In this document: positions 24,699 through 37,221 of the stretch, in pieces | Layout of the letters: each line of letters opens with the position of its first letter | Position numbering within the stretch: the first letter of the stretch is position 1 | Assembly (NCBI GenBank): GCA_036867785.1 | Contig: CP145409.1 | Coordinates: 62,001 to 126,000, forward strand | Direction of reading: 5' to 3' | Length of the DNA: 64,000 nucleotides | Source: Plasmodiophora brassicae | Lineage: Eukaryota | Translations under genes and position numbers: made by a program | Notes under the pieces: generated by a model | Databases searched by the model: none | What the model was told of the DNA's origin: nothing | The model's input: only the letters and a program-made list of their open reading frames with translations

Positions 24699-26141
24699 AT
24701 GTGTTCGAAGCTGGATCAGACGTTATCGTTGCTGTATACGCACGCCGCCCATGACAACGTGCCCGACGACGCGCCGAACTCGTTCACGACCGCGTACGGG
24801 CGCGGCATCTTCGCCAAGATCGTGGGTCGGTCGTCGATCGAATACGCCCGCTGGCCTGACCGTTCGAAACAGAGCGGGTGCCTGAAGGATCGCGCGAATG
24901 TCGCGGTGCGCGTGAAGGCGCTGCGGCAGCTGGTCGACCTATGGCACAACCCGATCAACATTGTCGAATCGATCCCCTATGGTCAGTGTGCAGGGTAGAC
25001 GTATGTGGGCTCTCGCCATGTCAACGTCTGACTGGCCTTCCCCTGCCAGCACTGCTCGACTCGCTGAGCATGATCCTGGAAGGGAGCGCCGACCCGGCCG
25101 GCCGCGTCCTTGCCAGTCAGGCGCTCGTTCTGTTCTCGGGTACGACATCGTCGTCGCCTGGGTCTGTATCGTCGTCTAAGGTCCCGAAGGGGTTCGCTCT
25201 GGACGGCAGATAATTTACACGAGTAAGCTGACGATGAACCTGGTGCTGGACCTGGTCAGGCGCATTGTGTGTCGTCGGTCAGCTGTCGTGGAACCGCTGA
25301 CGCTTGCCCTGGGTACACAGATGGCCGACCCCGATGATGAGGTCAAAGCAAACAGCTACACGATCCTGGAGAACGTGTTCCTGGACGCCGCCGGCGTGGC
25401 GGCCGCTCTCGAGGAGCGCCTCATCTCGCGGCTGATGCTGCGCGGGCAGAACGAGGAGAATCCGGCGCTGCTCGTCAAGGCCCTTACCGCCCTGTCCCAC
25501 GTCGTCGGCGACAAGATGGGCATTGCCACCCTGATCGAACGTGGGAGGCGCGCGTGCCGCCTGTCTGCGCCGCCGGTCGTATAACGGGAGGTGCGTTGCA
25601 GTGGACGCGTCGCTGAGGTGCGTGGTGTCGCACACGCGCTCGGAGGACGGTGCGACGCGCGCCGTCAGTGCGCTCTGCATGGCGCAGATCAGCCGGGACC
25701 CGGAAGGACGCAAAGTCATCCTGCAGTCGAACGCCATCTTCAAACTCAACAAGCTGCTGTCCGACGACGTTGAGGAGGCGCGCGTCAATGCGGCACGGGC
25801 GCTGGCGCTCCTCGCCGTTGACCTTCGGTAAACGTGCCAGGCGCGCGCCCGCAACGCCTGATACGCGTTCTGATCGCCCGCCCAGAGGCAAGGCCGAGAT
25901 CGTCGAGCTGGGCGTGATCCCGACGTTGCTGGCGTGCCTGGGGCACCAGGGCGCCAGGCAGAGGTTCCTGGCCATGTTCGCCCTGCAGTGCCTGGCGGCG
26001 GTGGCCGAGAACCCGCGCGGCCGGTTCCTCTTGAACGACAACCGCGACGCGGTGGACCTGATCGAGAAGGCCGCTGCCGACGATCCCTGCCTGGATCGGT
26101 ACGCGAAGCGGGCCATCGCCAGCATGAAGTGGACGCCCTGA
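24699..26141 (+). CDS. RSPH14: Radial spoke head protein 14 (RTDR1)-like armadillo-repeat protein
   Basis: TTAYGRGIFAKI, ARM repeats, LAAVAENPRGR and C-terminal AIASMKWTP. Confidence 0.75.
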
Positions 26142-26242
26142 GTGAGTGCCCTTTATTATACAACTGACGCGAGCCCTGTGGTTTGTGCATTCGTTGCCCA
26201 GGGCTTCTCTGCTACGAGGTCGGCATAGTTTATAATAAGGGC

Positions 26243-27851
26243 CTAATCGAATACGTCCTTGGCGAACCTCCATTCGACGCTGTCGCTGGACCTGAACGGC
26301 GACTGCCCGATGCCATCGGCGGCGCCCTCGAACAGGTCGGATTCGGCGGGCGTCATCCAGTGGTGCCGGGCGGACGACACCGACCGTGCTTCCTCTTCGG
26401 GGCCGTCGTTCGGCAGGATCGACCACTGGCGAACCGATGTGAACTCGGCGGTGCCGGCCACCGTCGCGCCTGACGTCGCCTGCGCTTGCGACCTTCTCAA
26501 CGAGTCCAGGACCTCGGCGGGTGGTTCGCGCGGTACCCTCCCCGCGTCGGTGCGGTCGTCGACGTCGCCCGACGGGCAGATCCACATGCGCAGGCGTGCC
26601 GCCAGTTCGTCGGTGGACTCGGGAGCGGCGCCTTCAGGACGAGGGGGGCCTGGCGGCACCGGGCGATCAGAACCTTTCGCCGGCGTGTCGCGCTCCAGGC
26701 CGAGTTCGTCGTGATCGGGAGTGCGGCCGACGAACGGCGTCATGAGCGGGTTCTTGAGGAACGAGTCGGCAATGCCCAGGACCGTACCGGGGTCGGCGGT
26801 CGGCTTCGGTCGCCCCGCCTGCGATTTCGCCGCGTTCGCGTCCAGGCCGAACATCATGACATCGCTCATGGCCTTGTGTAGGGCGGTCTTGTGCTCGGCG
26901 GCAACGGCGCGATCCTGCCGGACGCGCTCCTTGATCTTCGACTCGACGTGTCGCAGGTGTCGTGGCACAGCGTGCTTCGCCCTGGGCTTGGACGACGTCG
27001 TCGCGTTCTTCTTCAGCTTCGCCCTGGCGCTCTGCTTCACTGGGATCATCTCGTCCGCCATCGCATGCAGTGACCGGCTCGAGGGCGGCACGTCGACGAA
27101 GCGCGACGTGACGAGCGTATCGTCGGCAGGTTTGGCATCCTTCGGCACGCTGTACGCCAGACGAGGCGGCTCGCGAGGTTTCGGTTTCGCTGGCGCCTTG
27201 GCCTTCGGTTTCGTTGCCGGCGGGGCCAGCACCTGGGCAACGGTGCCACTGTCGTCGTACAGCCCGTGCACGGTCTGCCTCGAGTACTGCGACCGCGCCT
27301 CCCGATGGTGAAGCCGGGACGTATTGTTCCGCCAGCCGGGCGCGACCCTCGACCTCGTCGTTGCCGGCCGCATCACCTGTGTTGCGGGCGCAGGCGGGTT
27401 GGGCCCGGTAACAACGGCGGCGGGCGGTGCCGCTGGAGGATTCGGGTCAACTTCCCCTTTCAGTGCCGAGATCTGGCTCCGCACGTCGTCCAGGGATTGT
27501 GCTAATCCGGGCAAGGCCTCTCGAACCGCGGTAGCAACGGACCCCTGGGCTACGAAGACACCACGATACAAGAGTAAGCGAACGATACGCACGGGGGCGT
27601 CCACGACGGCGTACAGCAATATTCCCTAAGCTTATCGATGGTGAGCGTCTGCTTTTCGTACTCGTTCAGCTTCATGCTGTGCACGCCTGCACGGGGACGC
27701 GTTCAGCGATGGCGGGCGACACGGGGCGCGCAACGCCCCGCCGACCAATGATCATGGTGAGTTTGACGACTTCGGGCCAGTCGCGCTCGTCGAAACGGTG
27801 CAGGTACTGCCTGAGCAGCGTGTTCCGGCGCAGCGCATCGAGGGTCGACAT
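26243..27851 (-). CDS. Hypothetical protein, 3 exons, largely low-complexity
   Basis: First exon MSTLDALRRNTLLRQYLHRFDERDWPEVVKLTMIIG is spliced to the long ORF 26243-27619. Confidence 0.6.
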
Positions 27852-28318
27852 GCGCGCGACGACCGCGGCGGGCGCGCTTCGCCGCTGCCGCCTACGTTAC
27901 AGGATTGGCGCCGCCCGACAAAAATAAACATGCGCGCGCGCGCGCGCCAAAACCGGCCGAGAGAGTCGAGCCGTGGACTGGGCGACTACTGCTGACCTCG
28001 CAATTTCGAGTTTCGGTTCGTCCGCGTCACGACAACCGCTGTGCAGGTAGCGCTGCGCGGTCCATTTTGGGGCAGCGTCGATCGTCGCTCGCGCCCCCAC
28101 GTCCCGGGCGGTGGGCGCGCCTCTGCGATTGCCGCTGGGCGGCCCGCCGACGCCTCCGTCGTGAGTGCGTTGTTGTACCCCCGATGCGTGGGGTATTTTG
28201 TCCGGTGTTCTTCCGCACGTACACGACGCCAACGCCGGTGGTCATGCATTGACGACCCCGGTCGATATATTCGCCGTCGTCGCTGTCGTTCGTTAGCTGC
28301 CTGTCGTGGTCGATCCGA

Positions 28319-28760
28319 ATGCCGCCGTTCATCTGGGTCCAGTTTATAACGGTTATCCTTCTCGTCTGGCCTCCTGCGTCAGGTGCAAACGTGGGCGACG
28401 GGACAAGTATGGATCGCGTGCTCCTCTTGGACAACGCCTACCTATGACGGAGCCTGCCACTCCTGTCCTGTATCGTCAGACCGGCACCATTGACATGATG
28501 CTGGCCGCCCGTGACGCCAACCAAACCTATGTTTTCAGGCAGCGGGGTTTCCGTTTCTTGCAGCAACGAAGGCACCGTCCATTTTGCACCGTCACAGTAT
28601 CCAGCTCTGCGCTTCGTCAGCCAGAACGGGAACTGGTTCAGCACAGGGACACCGACGCAGCCGCAGGGCGGGGACGTCGACCGTTCACGTAGCTGGACGA
28701 TCGGGGTGGCGTCGGGCCTCCTGACCGCGCATGACCCATGGCGCCGTCGGGCCGACGCCA
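28319..28760 (+). pseudogene. Possible frameshifted gene for a secreted protein
   Basis: Signal-peptide-like MPPFIWVQFITVILLVWPPASGA stops at 28447. Protein-like text continues in two other frames (TEPATPVLYRQTG..; SGVSVSCSNEGTVHF..ALRFVSQNGNWF). Confidence 0.3.
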
Positions 28761-29020
28761 ATGACGCCGGTTCGACCGGCTGCCTTCGCGGCGCACCGGT
28801 TCCTGCTACTCGCCGTCGTCGTCGCCGCCATCTGCCATGTCGCGTAAGCGGGTCTTTTTCGTTGACGCCGCGATACCCATCGATTACATATACACGGTTC
28901 TACGACAGCTGTCGCAATGGGGCCCGCGTGCATGTCCTCGACTCGTCCGCTGTCCACTATGCACCGTCGATGACCGAGTCCGTTTCCTCGATTGCGGTTT
29001 CCGCCCACAGTTTCCCATTG

Positions 29021-32000
29021 ATGGCTTTCCTTTTCGCCAATCTTGGTTTCGTCCTTCGACTGATGCCGGTGTGTGCAGGTATGCTGTGCAGACCAAGTCT
29101 ATATCGTCGATCCTGCCTACGCATCGCTACTCGACCCAGCACGCTCGAAGTGCCCTTGAACGCATCAAGCACATGTTCGACCATGGATTCGAGAACTACA
29201 TGCGCCATGCGTTCCCTCGTCCGTATATACGTTCGCCATGTGCTAGGGCCTTGACGTTCATGTCTGACGCAAATAGATGATGAGTTGAAACCGATCAGCG
29301 CAACATACACGGATTCGCTGTGTGAGCTGGGCGGGTCGGCGCCCGCCGGCAACGAATACCAGGGCGTCGCTATGACGCTTATCGATGCCTTGGACACGCT
29401 CGCTGTCGTGGGCAATTACACGGCTTTCCGTGATGCTGTCCGATACGTGTCGAATCATGTCACCTTCGACCATGACATTCGTGTCAATGTGTTCGAAGTC
29501 AATATTCGCATTCTTGGTAGGGTGAGCGTCTGGTGGACGGTTCGACGTCGATGCGATCTTAGGCTTGAACCTAGGCGGCCTGCTATCTGCGCATTTGCTG
29601 GCGGGCGACCCGGCGCTGAGCAAGATGACCGACTACGATGGAGGTCTGCTCAGACTAGCAGAGGACCTAGGGCGACGGTTACTGGCCGCCTTCAAGAGCC
29701 CGTCTGGGATCCCGTACGCGTGGGTGAACTTGCGGCATGGTGTGATGAACGGAGAGACATCAAACACGTGCACAGCGGGTGTTGTCAGTGGCGCATGTCC
29801 TCTGTGGGAGCGGTTTGATCGTTTGTAACACGTGACGTCCCAGGGCACGCTGATTCTGGAGTTCGGCATGCTGTCGAACCTGACTGGAAACATGGAATTC
29901 TATGATTCAGCGTATTCCGCTCTGATTACGCTGTGGGAAATGCGGGATAGCAGGACCGGCCTTGTCGTACGCCTCCTCTGGAGTCGCTCTTTGTGGCGTA
30001 TTGACGACGTATATGCTGCTACAGGGAAATAACCTCGATGTCATTACGGGAAGGTGGATAGACGATTCTGCTGGCATCGGCGCCGGCATCGATTCGTTCT
30101 ACGAGTACCTTTTCAAGGCATTTGTCCTTTTCGGCAACGCTGAGTTCCTGAGAATGTTCGAACAGGTACGTTACAAATAATCGGGGTCGCCCTGAACTAA
30201 CCTCACGCGCTGTTAGTCGTACGAGTCCGTTATGAAGCATCTTCGAGTTGGCCCTTGGTATCATGAGGCGTCCATGTCGAGCGGCTTGCCGACGTACATG
30301 CAGTTCAACAGTCTCCAGGCATTCTGGCCGGTAGGTGCCGGCGGCATTGGGCGCGGCAGTAAACAGGTTGTTCAATGCGCTTGCCTGCAGGGCCTTCAAG
30401 TCTTGTCGGGGTCGCATCTGCAGGAAGCGGATCTTTCACAGCGTGCTTTCTTTTCGATATGGGCAAAGTATGGGGCGCTTCCTGAAAGGTGATCGGTGCA
30501 CCTAGCTGTGCTGCGTCAGTTGTTAATGTTGATAGGTTTCTGCTTGGCACCATGTCTCTGCACTCGACGGAACGGTACTATCCATTGCGCCCGGAACTGA
30601 TGGAGTCGACGTACATGCTGTTCCTCGCGACGGGAGATTCAGTGTATCGCCACGTGGGTGGAGTACCGGTCCTCGTTGTAAGCTCCAATTGGTCACCGTT
30701 TAATGTTCCAGATGGGAGAACACATGGCCGAGTCTCTCTTCAACACGTCCTACGTTAGGAACGGGTTTGCATCCATTCGCGACGTTGAGCACCGGGTTCT
30801 CGAGGATCGAATGCCGAGCTTCTTTCTTGCAGAGACGTGCAAGTGCGATAGTAGATTTCATCTCATGCTTCTGGGCGCTGCTAACATTTCGTCTGTCATC
30901 CAGGTACCTGTACCTGCTGTTCGACCCGGACTCGTTCGTTCATCGCCGTGGCAATTACGTGTTCACAACGGAGGGGCACCTGTACGCGCCCGAGTGTACC
31001 CTGCCGACATGCCGACTCATTCGTGGTAGGTTCCCTATTGATATTGGCCTGCACCGCCAGTTCGCCAATCGGAAGCCGCGCATACGGACGCCGGCTGCTG
31101 CCGAAATGGACAGGCAGCCCTCGCTGTCCACATGCTCGGCAGATTTCCGATGGTTGCCTTTCCCGAGGGTACGAGAACATGCTTCTCTGCCCATCTGTCC
31201 GATTAGCGACGAACCTGATCGACCTGTAACCGGGCATGGGTTGGCATGCTGTACCGTTCTGATGTGCCTCGGACCGTGCAGGCAACTCGTGTGCGGGCGT
31301 ACGTCCAAGACAACGCATTCTACCTGGAAGGCAATGACGGCAGCCACGCCGTCATCCGTCACCTGGGCACACCAGTTATCGAGTTTCTCTACGAGGACGA
31401 CGACTTTACTCGACTCTTCCTCATATCATCTGACATGGGTGGTACGCCCTCCCCCGCCCGCATCAATGCCCACATTGGTTATCATCTGATCCTTTCGCGT
31501 CGTGCAGTCGTGTTGTATACGGTCGAGGCGCTAGGCAAGTGCAACGCCTCGTTCGCGTCTGCTGGTTCCGATTTCGGGCCATCTCCCGACGCGATCAATG
31601 ATGTTCAAGGTCCTGTCGTCATTCTCTCCCCGGCTGACGGTTGCGACGACTACCAGTCCGACACCGACGTCCAGGGCAAGATCGTCGTTGTTGACCGCGG
31701 CGGCTGTACGTTCATGCAGAAGGCGCAAGTTGCCATGAGGGCGGGTGCCCGGGCACTGATCATCTCCAACACGCTCGTTGAGAACGACGTGTTCTTCATG
31801 GGTGGCGACGGATCCATCAAATCCCTGCCGCTGCCGACAGTGATGACGACTGGCCTCGACGGCAAGCGCCTGTCGAACTGCCTCGATCTGCATGGACAGG
31901 TGACGGTCAGGCTGAACGTTCAGTATTCGGTCTCCCAGGACGGCAACAGCAAGGTCCAGTCCGGCCCCGTTTCTGTCATGGGATCCGCCGATGCGTTCCT

Positions 32001-32073
32001 TGTTGACACGGGCGGGTGGAAGGTGCTCTGTCAGCGTCGTGACCAGTCCTACTCGCTAGCGTTCCTGTCCTAG
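29021..32073 (+). CDS. EDEM-type alpha-1,2-mannosidase (GH47) with C-terminal PA domain, many introns
   Basis: [72 protein letters not shown] and the PA-domain motif [14 protein letters not shown]. Confidence 0.92.
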
Positions 32074-32222
32074 CATGGCCTGCCGCGCCCTGTATCTACT
32101 GCATATGTCTTTATATATGTGTTCGATTTGGCGACCAACGTCTGCAGATGGGGACGATCGCATATTCTGCAGGACCGAGGTCATCGAGAGGAGACCCGGC
32201 GCGATCAGGGACACGTTTTCCA

Positions 32223-32861
32223 TTAGAGACGTCTCCGACGGTGACTGGCCGCCGGCTTGGGCCTGCTCTGCTCGATTTCTTTCGTTCTGTCGCGCCACCG
32301 CTTCAGGTCTGCGAGCATGCCGCGGAACACGATCTCGCACTGGTCGGTGGTACTGATGATGTTGTTCAGGACCCATGTGTCCTGATCCAGGGCGTCCTGC
32401 AAGGCGTGCGGCTCCACGCTCCCTTGCGCCAGGCGCTCCCAGAAGTCGGCGTCGACGTGCGCGTTCTTCCTCAGGGACACCGGCACACTGGCCGCGTCGC
32501 AGCGACTCGTCAGGCCGCGGATCATGTGCTGGTATCGCCGGACGGTCTTCGGGCGCGGCACGGTCGTACGCGGGTCGCGGAACTCGTCCAGGATCGACCG
32601 CTTGATCAGGATGCTCTCCTTGACGATCCGGGCAGTTTCGCGCATGCACTTCAGGTCGTATCGGGCCCTCTTCGCCCGCCGCCGACCCTCTCGGATCAGG
32701 CGGTCGAGGTCCTCCGATTTGGCGGTACACGCGCCCGCCTCGTGTCGCATGGAGTCGCACTGAGCGGGGTCCGGCTTCGGCGACTGGCCGGCGTCGTTGG
32801 GTGCCGCGCCCGCCTGCCATACGATAGCGCCCATGACGCACACGGCGACTATCATCGTCAT
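32223..32861 (-). CDS. Secreted helical protein, candidate effector (paralog 1)
   Basis: Signal peptide MTMIVAVCVMGAIVWQAGA; homologous to the adjacent ORF. Confidence 0.7.
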   Translation of the reverse strand: MTMIVAVCVMGAIVWQAGAAPNDAGQSPKPDPAQCDSMRHEAGACTAKSEDLDRLIREGRRRAKRARYDLKCMRETARIVKESILIKRSILDEFRDPRTTVPRPKTVRRYQHMIRGLTSRCDAASVPVSLRKNAHVDADFWERLAQGSVEPHALQDALDQDTWVLNNIISTTDQCEIVFRGMLADLKRWRDRTKEIEQSRPKPAASHRRRRL

Positions 32862-33238
32862 TCCGGATCGACGGCAGGTCGGGACGACGTCGTACACGCC
32901 GCGGCAGGGGCTTCGCGCTTCTTCGCCGCCAGCTACAAGTACAGGCCGGTGATATTTCGGGCACCCGCCCTGAAGTTGTACAGTCGCACAGACGGGCCAG
33001 GGTCTGTCCAGGGGCGCGTTTTAAAAGACGTTGCAGGGTCAGATACCCGCGACACTCGACCCGTCGCTTCACGACGGTGATCGGTAAGTTTGGCAGGGGA
33101 CCCGATGGGCATGGGTGCTGTCGACCTCGAGAGACGACACGTGCAACGGCGTCCCTGTTCAGTCTCGGGTCATTGGCGCGCGCCATCGCGCCATCTCAAC
33201 GGTTTGTATTTCGTACGTCAGAGATCGTGGGGGAGGGG

Positions 33239-33928
33239 CTAGTTGACGTCGAGAATGTGAGCCACGATCCAGGGAGGGAGCAACGCGGCAGCGCGCTGAT
33301 CGACAAGGGCGTGGAACGTATCGAAATCAGGCTCGAGTGCATTCAGCATGTCCTCCGTATTGTAGAGCTGGCTTAGATGCAGGAACGCCTTCGTGTCCTC
33401 GGCCTGACAGCGGCGGGTGGCGTTAAAGATGCCGTCAACGATGACCAAGTCCTGTTGCATGGCCGTCCTTAAGGCCCGCCTGCCAAGGCGACCTTCCTCG
33501 AGGCGTCGCCAGAAATTGTTGTCCACGTGAGCGATCTCCATCAAATGTCGTCCCATACAGAAATCGCTGCATTCAGATTGGAACTTGCGGATCTCCTCCA
33601 GGTACGGACGAACGAGGCGAGCACGTGACAGGGTCCTATACTTGTCCTCGAATTCCTCCAGAATGCATCGCTTGATGTGCAGGCTTTTCCTGATGAGCTC
33701 GTGCGCGCCGGTCAGACGGTCCAGATCGAGCGTGCACTTATCAAATATTTGTTCACTTTCGCTGATGGCGTGTTCCAGCAGGCGCTTCTCGCGCAAGTGC
33801 GACGCCAGGGCGTTCAGCGTATGCTTCGTGATCGCGTACACCAGATACGGGGACTGCCCGGCCACCTTCGGCGATACCGCCTGCGCCTGCGACGCAACGA
33901 CAACGACGACGGTCACGACCGGAAGCAT
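33239..33928 (-). CDS. Secreted helical protein, candidate effector (paralog 2)
   Basis: Signal peptide MLPVVTVVVVVASQAQA. Shares AGQSP, IKR.IL.EF.D and AHVD..FW.RL..G with paralog 1. Confidence 0.72.
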   Translation of the reverse strand: MLPVVTVVVVVASQAQAVSPKVAGQSPYLVYAITKHTLNALASHLREKRLLEHAISESEQIFDKCTLDLDRLTGAHELIRKSLHIKRCILEEFEDKYRTLSRARLVRPYLEEIRKFQSECSDFCMGRHLMEIAHVDNNFWRRLEEGRLGRRALRTAMQQDLVIVDGIFNATRRCQAEDTKAFLHLSQLYNTEDMLNALEPDFDTFHALVDQRAAALLPPWIVAHILDVN

Positions 33929-34022
33929 GCACGAGGCCGGGGACACGCGTTCGGGCCTCATCCTCAGTGAATCGAGACACGCCGACCGCGGTTCCCGGCG
34001 ATTTGCTCAGGGGCGCTATTTA

Positions 34023-34942
34023 GAGCATCTCCACCCGGCTAGCCATAGCCATAGCTAAAATGCCCGTTTTGCGGCCATTTTGGCGATCGCTATTTTCCCA
34101 ATCCCCATCCGGTGATAGCCATAGCTATTTTACTGTGCCAGCGTTTCCTGCCCATTGTACTTGTCGTCGGATGTAATCCTCGATTCCGTTTCAATAACAG
34201 CACTGGCATCGTTCAAAGAGGCTTCTGCGGCGAATATCCAGTTTCTCGAGCTAGCCTGGCGACACCACACGAGCAAGAAGAAGCAGAAACCCGTATCTGG
34301 TGGGTCCAGACCCTGTCGCAGGCCCAATGCTGAACACACTCTGAATACGGTACGGAACGAAACATCCGCGAATAATTTGCTGCAGGTGCGATGTACAACG
34401 AACATCTCTGTTCAGGCGGCGCTTCCGTAGAAACCTTTGTTCGCGAGATCATGGACGGGGTTCTTGGACAAGATCCATGGTTTCAGAACAGAACCACTCA
34501 TTCACCGGCGGGCTTCCAGGTGTTACGCTGCAGAAAGTTGTCGCAGCCATGCGAATCATCGCGTACGGGTGTGCTGACGCTTGTAGCTAATACGTTCGTT
34601 TAATTTCTGCCCGTTTCTGACACCAGGATCATGGGAAATGACAACATAGGCACGCCCCAATGACATGTCTTCCTTTCCGCCCCACTCCGAGCCTCTACGA
34701 CCTTTCTTCGCCTCATATCGCCCATGGTTCCCTCGATCAACAGGAACCACGAGGCCGTCCCCACGATCTCCCAGTCAGACAAAATGTGCGCAACTCCGTG
34801 GCTAGAGATTTGCTTGCCTAGCTATTTCGTGCCGAAATGGCGAGGCAAGTCAAAAAATATAGCGATAGCTAGCCCGGGTGGGGCTGTTTTCTAGCTAAAT
34901 TTTGACTATAGCTAGGGATATAGCTACGGGTTGGGGATGCTC
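34023..34942 (+). mobile_element. Non-autonomous PIF/Harbinger DNA transposon (internally deleted)
   Basis: TIRs GAGCATCTCCA.../...TGGGGATGCTC, flanked by TA on both sides. TAGC-rich subterminal repeats. Frameshifted transposase N-terminus GGSRP.RRPN, FRRRFR, DPWFQ, LQKVVAAMRIIAYG. Confidence 0.85.
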
Positions 34943-35132
34943 TACGGGCCCAAGCAGCAATGCTGATTGCTGACAGCACACGCCCCCATGCCGCCATGCG
35001 GCATGGCAGGCCGGCTGACCGCCTCGACTGCTATATTTGGGTGCCTCGGCCCCTACCACCCTTGAAGCTGCAAAAAAAAAATTTAGGGCGCAAACAAGCG
35101 CAAACAAGCGCATACTTGCGCAACGTTGCCTC

Positions 35133-35350
35133 AAAACTGGTACAACTGGTAGCAAAACTGGTACAACTGGTACGCGAAACTGGTACAACTGGTACGCGAA
35201 ACTGGTACAACTGGTAGCAAAACTGGTACAACTGGTAGCAAAACTGGTACAACTGGTAGCAAAACTGGTACAACTGGCAGCAAAACTGGTACAACTGGAA
35301 GCAAAACTGGCACAACTGGAAGCAAAACTGGTACAACTGATAGCGAAACT
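35133..35350 (+). repeat. Tandem 21/22-bp repeat AAAACTGGTACAACTGGTAGC (~10 units), left subterminal array
   Basis: Read directly from the sequence. Confidence 0.95.
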
Positions 35351-37221
35351 AGCTCCTCCTTGGGCGAATGTTCGGTCGGGCGGTCGTGTTGGGGAAAGCT
35401 ACAAACGCTTAGACCTCATCATAAAGAACTTAGCACATTGTCAATGGGCGCGCGTCGTACGTACCCGCCCTGGCGGTTTCGGCTGCCGCGCCGTGCTTCG
35501 AATCGCATTCGTCGGACGCCCTCGTGACTACCACGGGACCAACAATGGCTAATGTTGTCTGTGTGGTCAGCTGCGGAAGAGCAGGTCGTCTGTGCCGATG
35601 TTTGCGACTCGACGGCGGTGAGTGAGGGGCGCTATCGCGTTGCTGGTGCAGACGGTACTGCGATCGATTCCTGATAGGCGCCCGCAGCCACCTGCACCAG
35701 TACAACCTGGCATGTGTGGATGGGGTGTACAGCAAATCCCCGCTAAGGTCGTTGGGTAGTTCCCCGTCAACCACGTTGTGGCGACGTATGCTGTGACTCT
35801 TTGTCAGGCTCGTTTATACAAGTGTCTGTGTTCGTAAGCGGCCAGGCGCGGGCGTGCGAACGACGTTGACCGCGTGCGCCGCGCCGAGGTCAGTGACCAG
35901 ATCGAGGACGAAGAACAACTATTGGGCCTCCAACAAGATATCCCGACGACGATCACGATTAGGACCCATCAGGTACGCGCTGTGGTAGTCGTTGTCCCCG
36001 TCGTCGTGCACTGAACCGTGTCGGTAGAATGAGCGGGATCGTGTCAACCGTGATGAAGCGGTCATGGAGATAGACAACGTGTTCGACGGCAATCTCCACG
36101 AAGGGAACCCGGATGAACGCGACGACGACCGCCGAGAGCCGGGCGACGACGACGATGTTGGAGACGACGAGGAGCTGGACACAGCGATAGGCGAGCATGA
36201 CCCAAGGAAAACGTCGTCGACGAGCAACTGTTCGTACCGGGGTGTCTTGTCCCATGGAACGTACGACTCACGGTGTGCCCAGGTTGGATGATAACGTTGA
36301 TAAGGAAGATGAGGTACTGCTCGACGCTAGAAGCTGGAAGACGACGAGAAGGTGGAGGGCCAGTGTCCGGATTAGTTAGATATTGGTGCTGGTCTCGACG
36401 ATCAGGTCGGCCGAGATGCGCAAGGTGCCGATGCCCAGCAAGCATCTTTCCGATCTTCCCGAACGTGTGCACAACGCCAAAGCTTCCAATAAGGTGGGTG
36501 CTTCGCGTGGTGTGCGGGAGGGGGCGCAACGTAGGGGCCTGTTAACCACCGTCAGTACTTCGAATATCGCGGTCGACGCTTACTTGAGTGTGGTGGTGTC
36601 CGCTATCGCGATTCTGCAGCTTCACAGACTGTTCGTCAGCAGCCGCGTGGCGTCTCGCTGAACCGGAGTTGGTCATTGTGTGGGATGCGGTAGGTGCCTT
36701 GCTGCGTTGGGTCGGTGTGGCGTGTCGGGTCAGACGCCGGTTCAGCGCGCGCGCAGAGCTGCTGACGAACAGCCTGTGAGGCTGAAGAACGGCGAAACGG
36801 ACACCAACCTAAGTAAGGAAATTCTATGTTTAATCGTAATGAATAAAAGGTAGGTGTCGCCTGGAGTTGCTGTTATGCGGCGCCGGATCGTCAGCGATCG
36901 CCGGTCGCCCGAGCAGGTGATGGTACGCACTGCGCCGGCTGTGCTCGGTCCACGCAGCGGGCGTATGCACCGCAGCGCTGGCTTAAAGCAGCAAGTCGAC
37001 ATAGCGGTCTGGTTCGTGCTGGACGTGCTCGACGACGGCCTCGGCGGCGGGGACGGGGACGGCGGCGGCTTGGTTGTCCGGATCGTCCTGCAGGCCGGGT
37101 TCGACGAACGCGATGCAGTGCGGTCCGGCCAGCGATGCGACGCCTGGGCCGACATCGACAACGGCGCCCCATGCAGGCACTTGGCGACGGTTGCCCGGGT
37201 CGCCGTACCCAGCACGTGCAT

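Noticed and set aside
35133-35350. Regular 21-bp repeats as a CRISPR array or repeat-protein ORFs (AKLVQLV, LYQFCYQ, LPVVPVL)
   Set aside because: There are no unique spacers or cas genes and the context is eukaryotic. The array is mirrored at 39060-39165, so it is a transposon subterminal repeat and the ORFs are artefacts.
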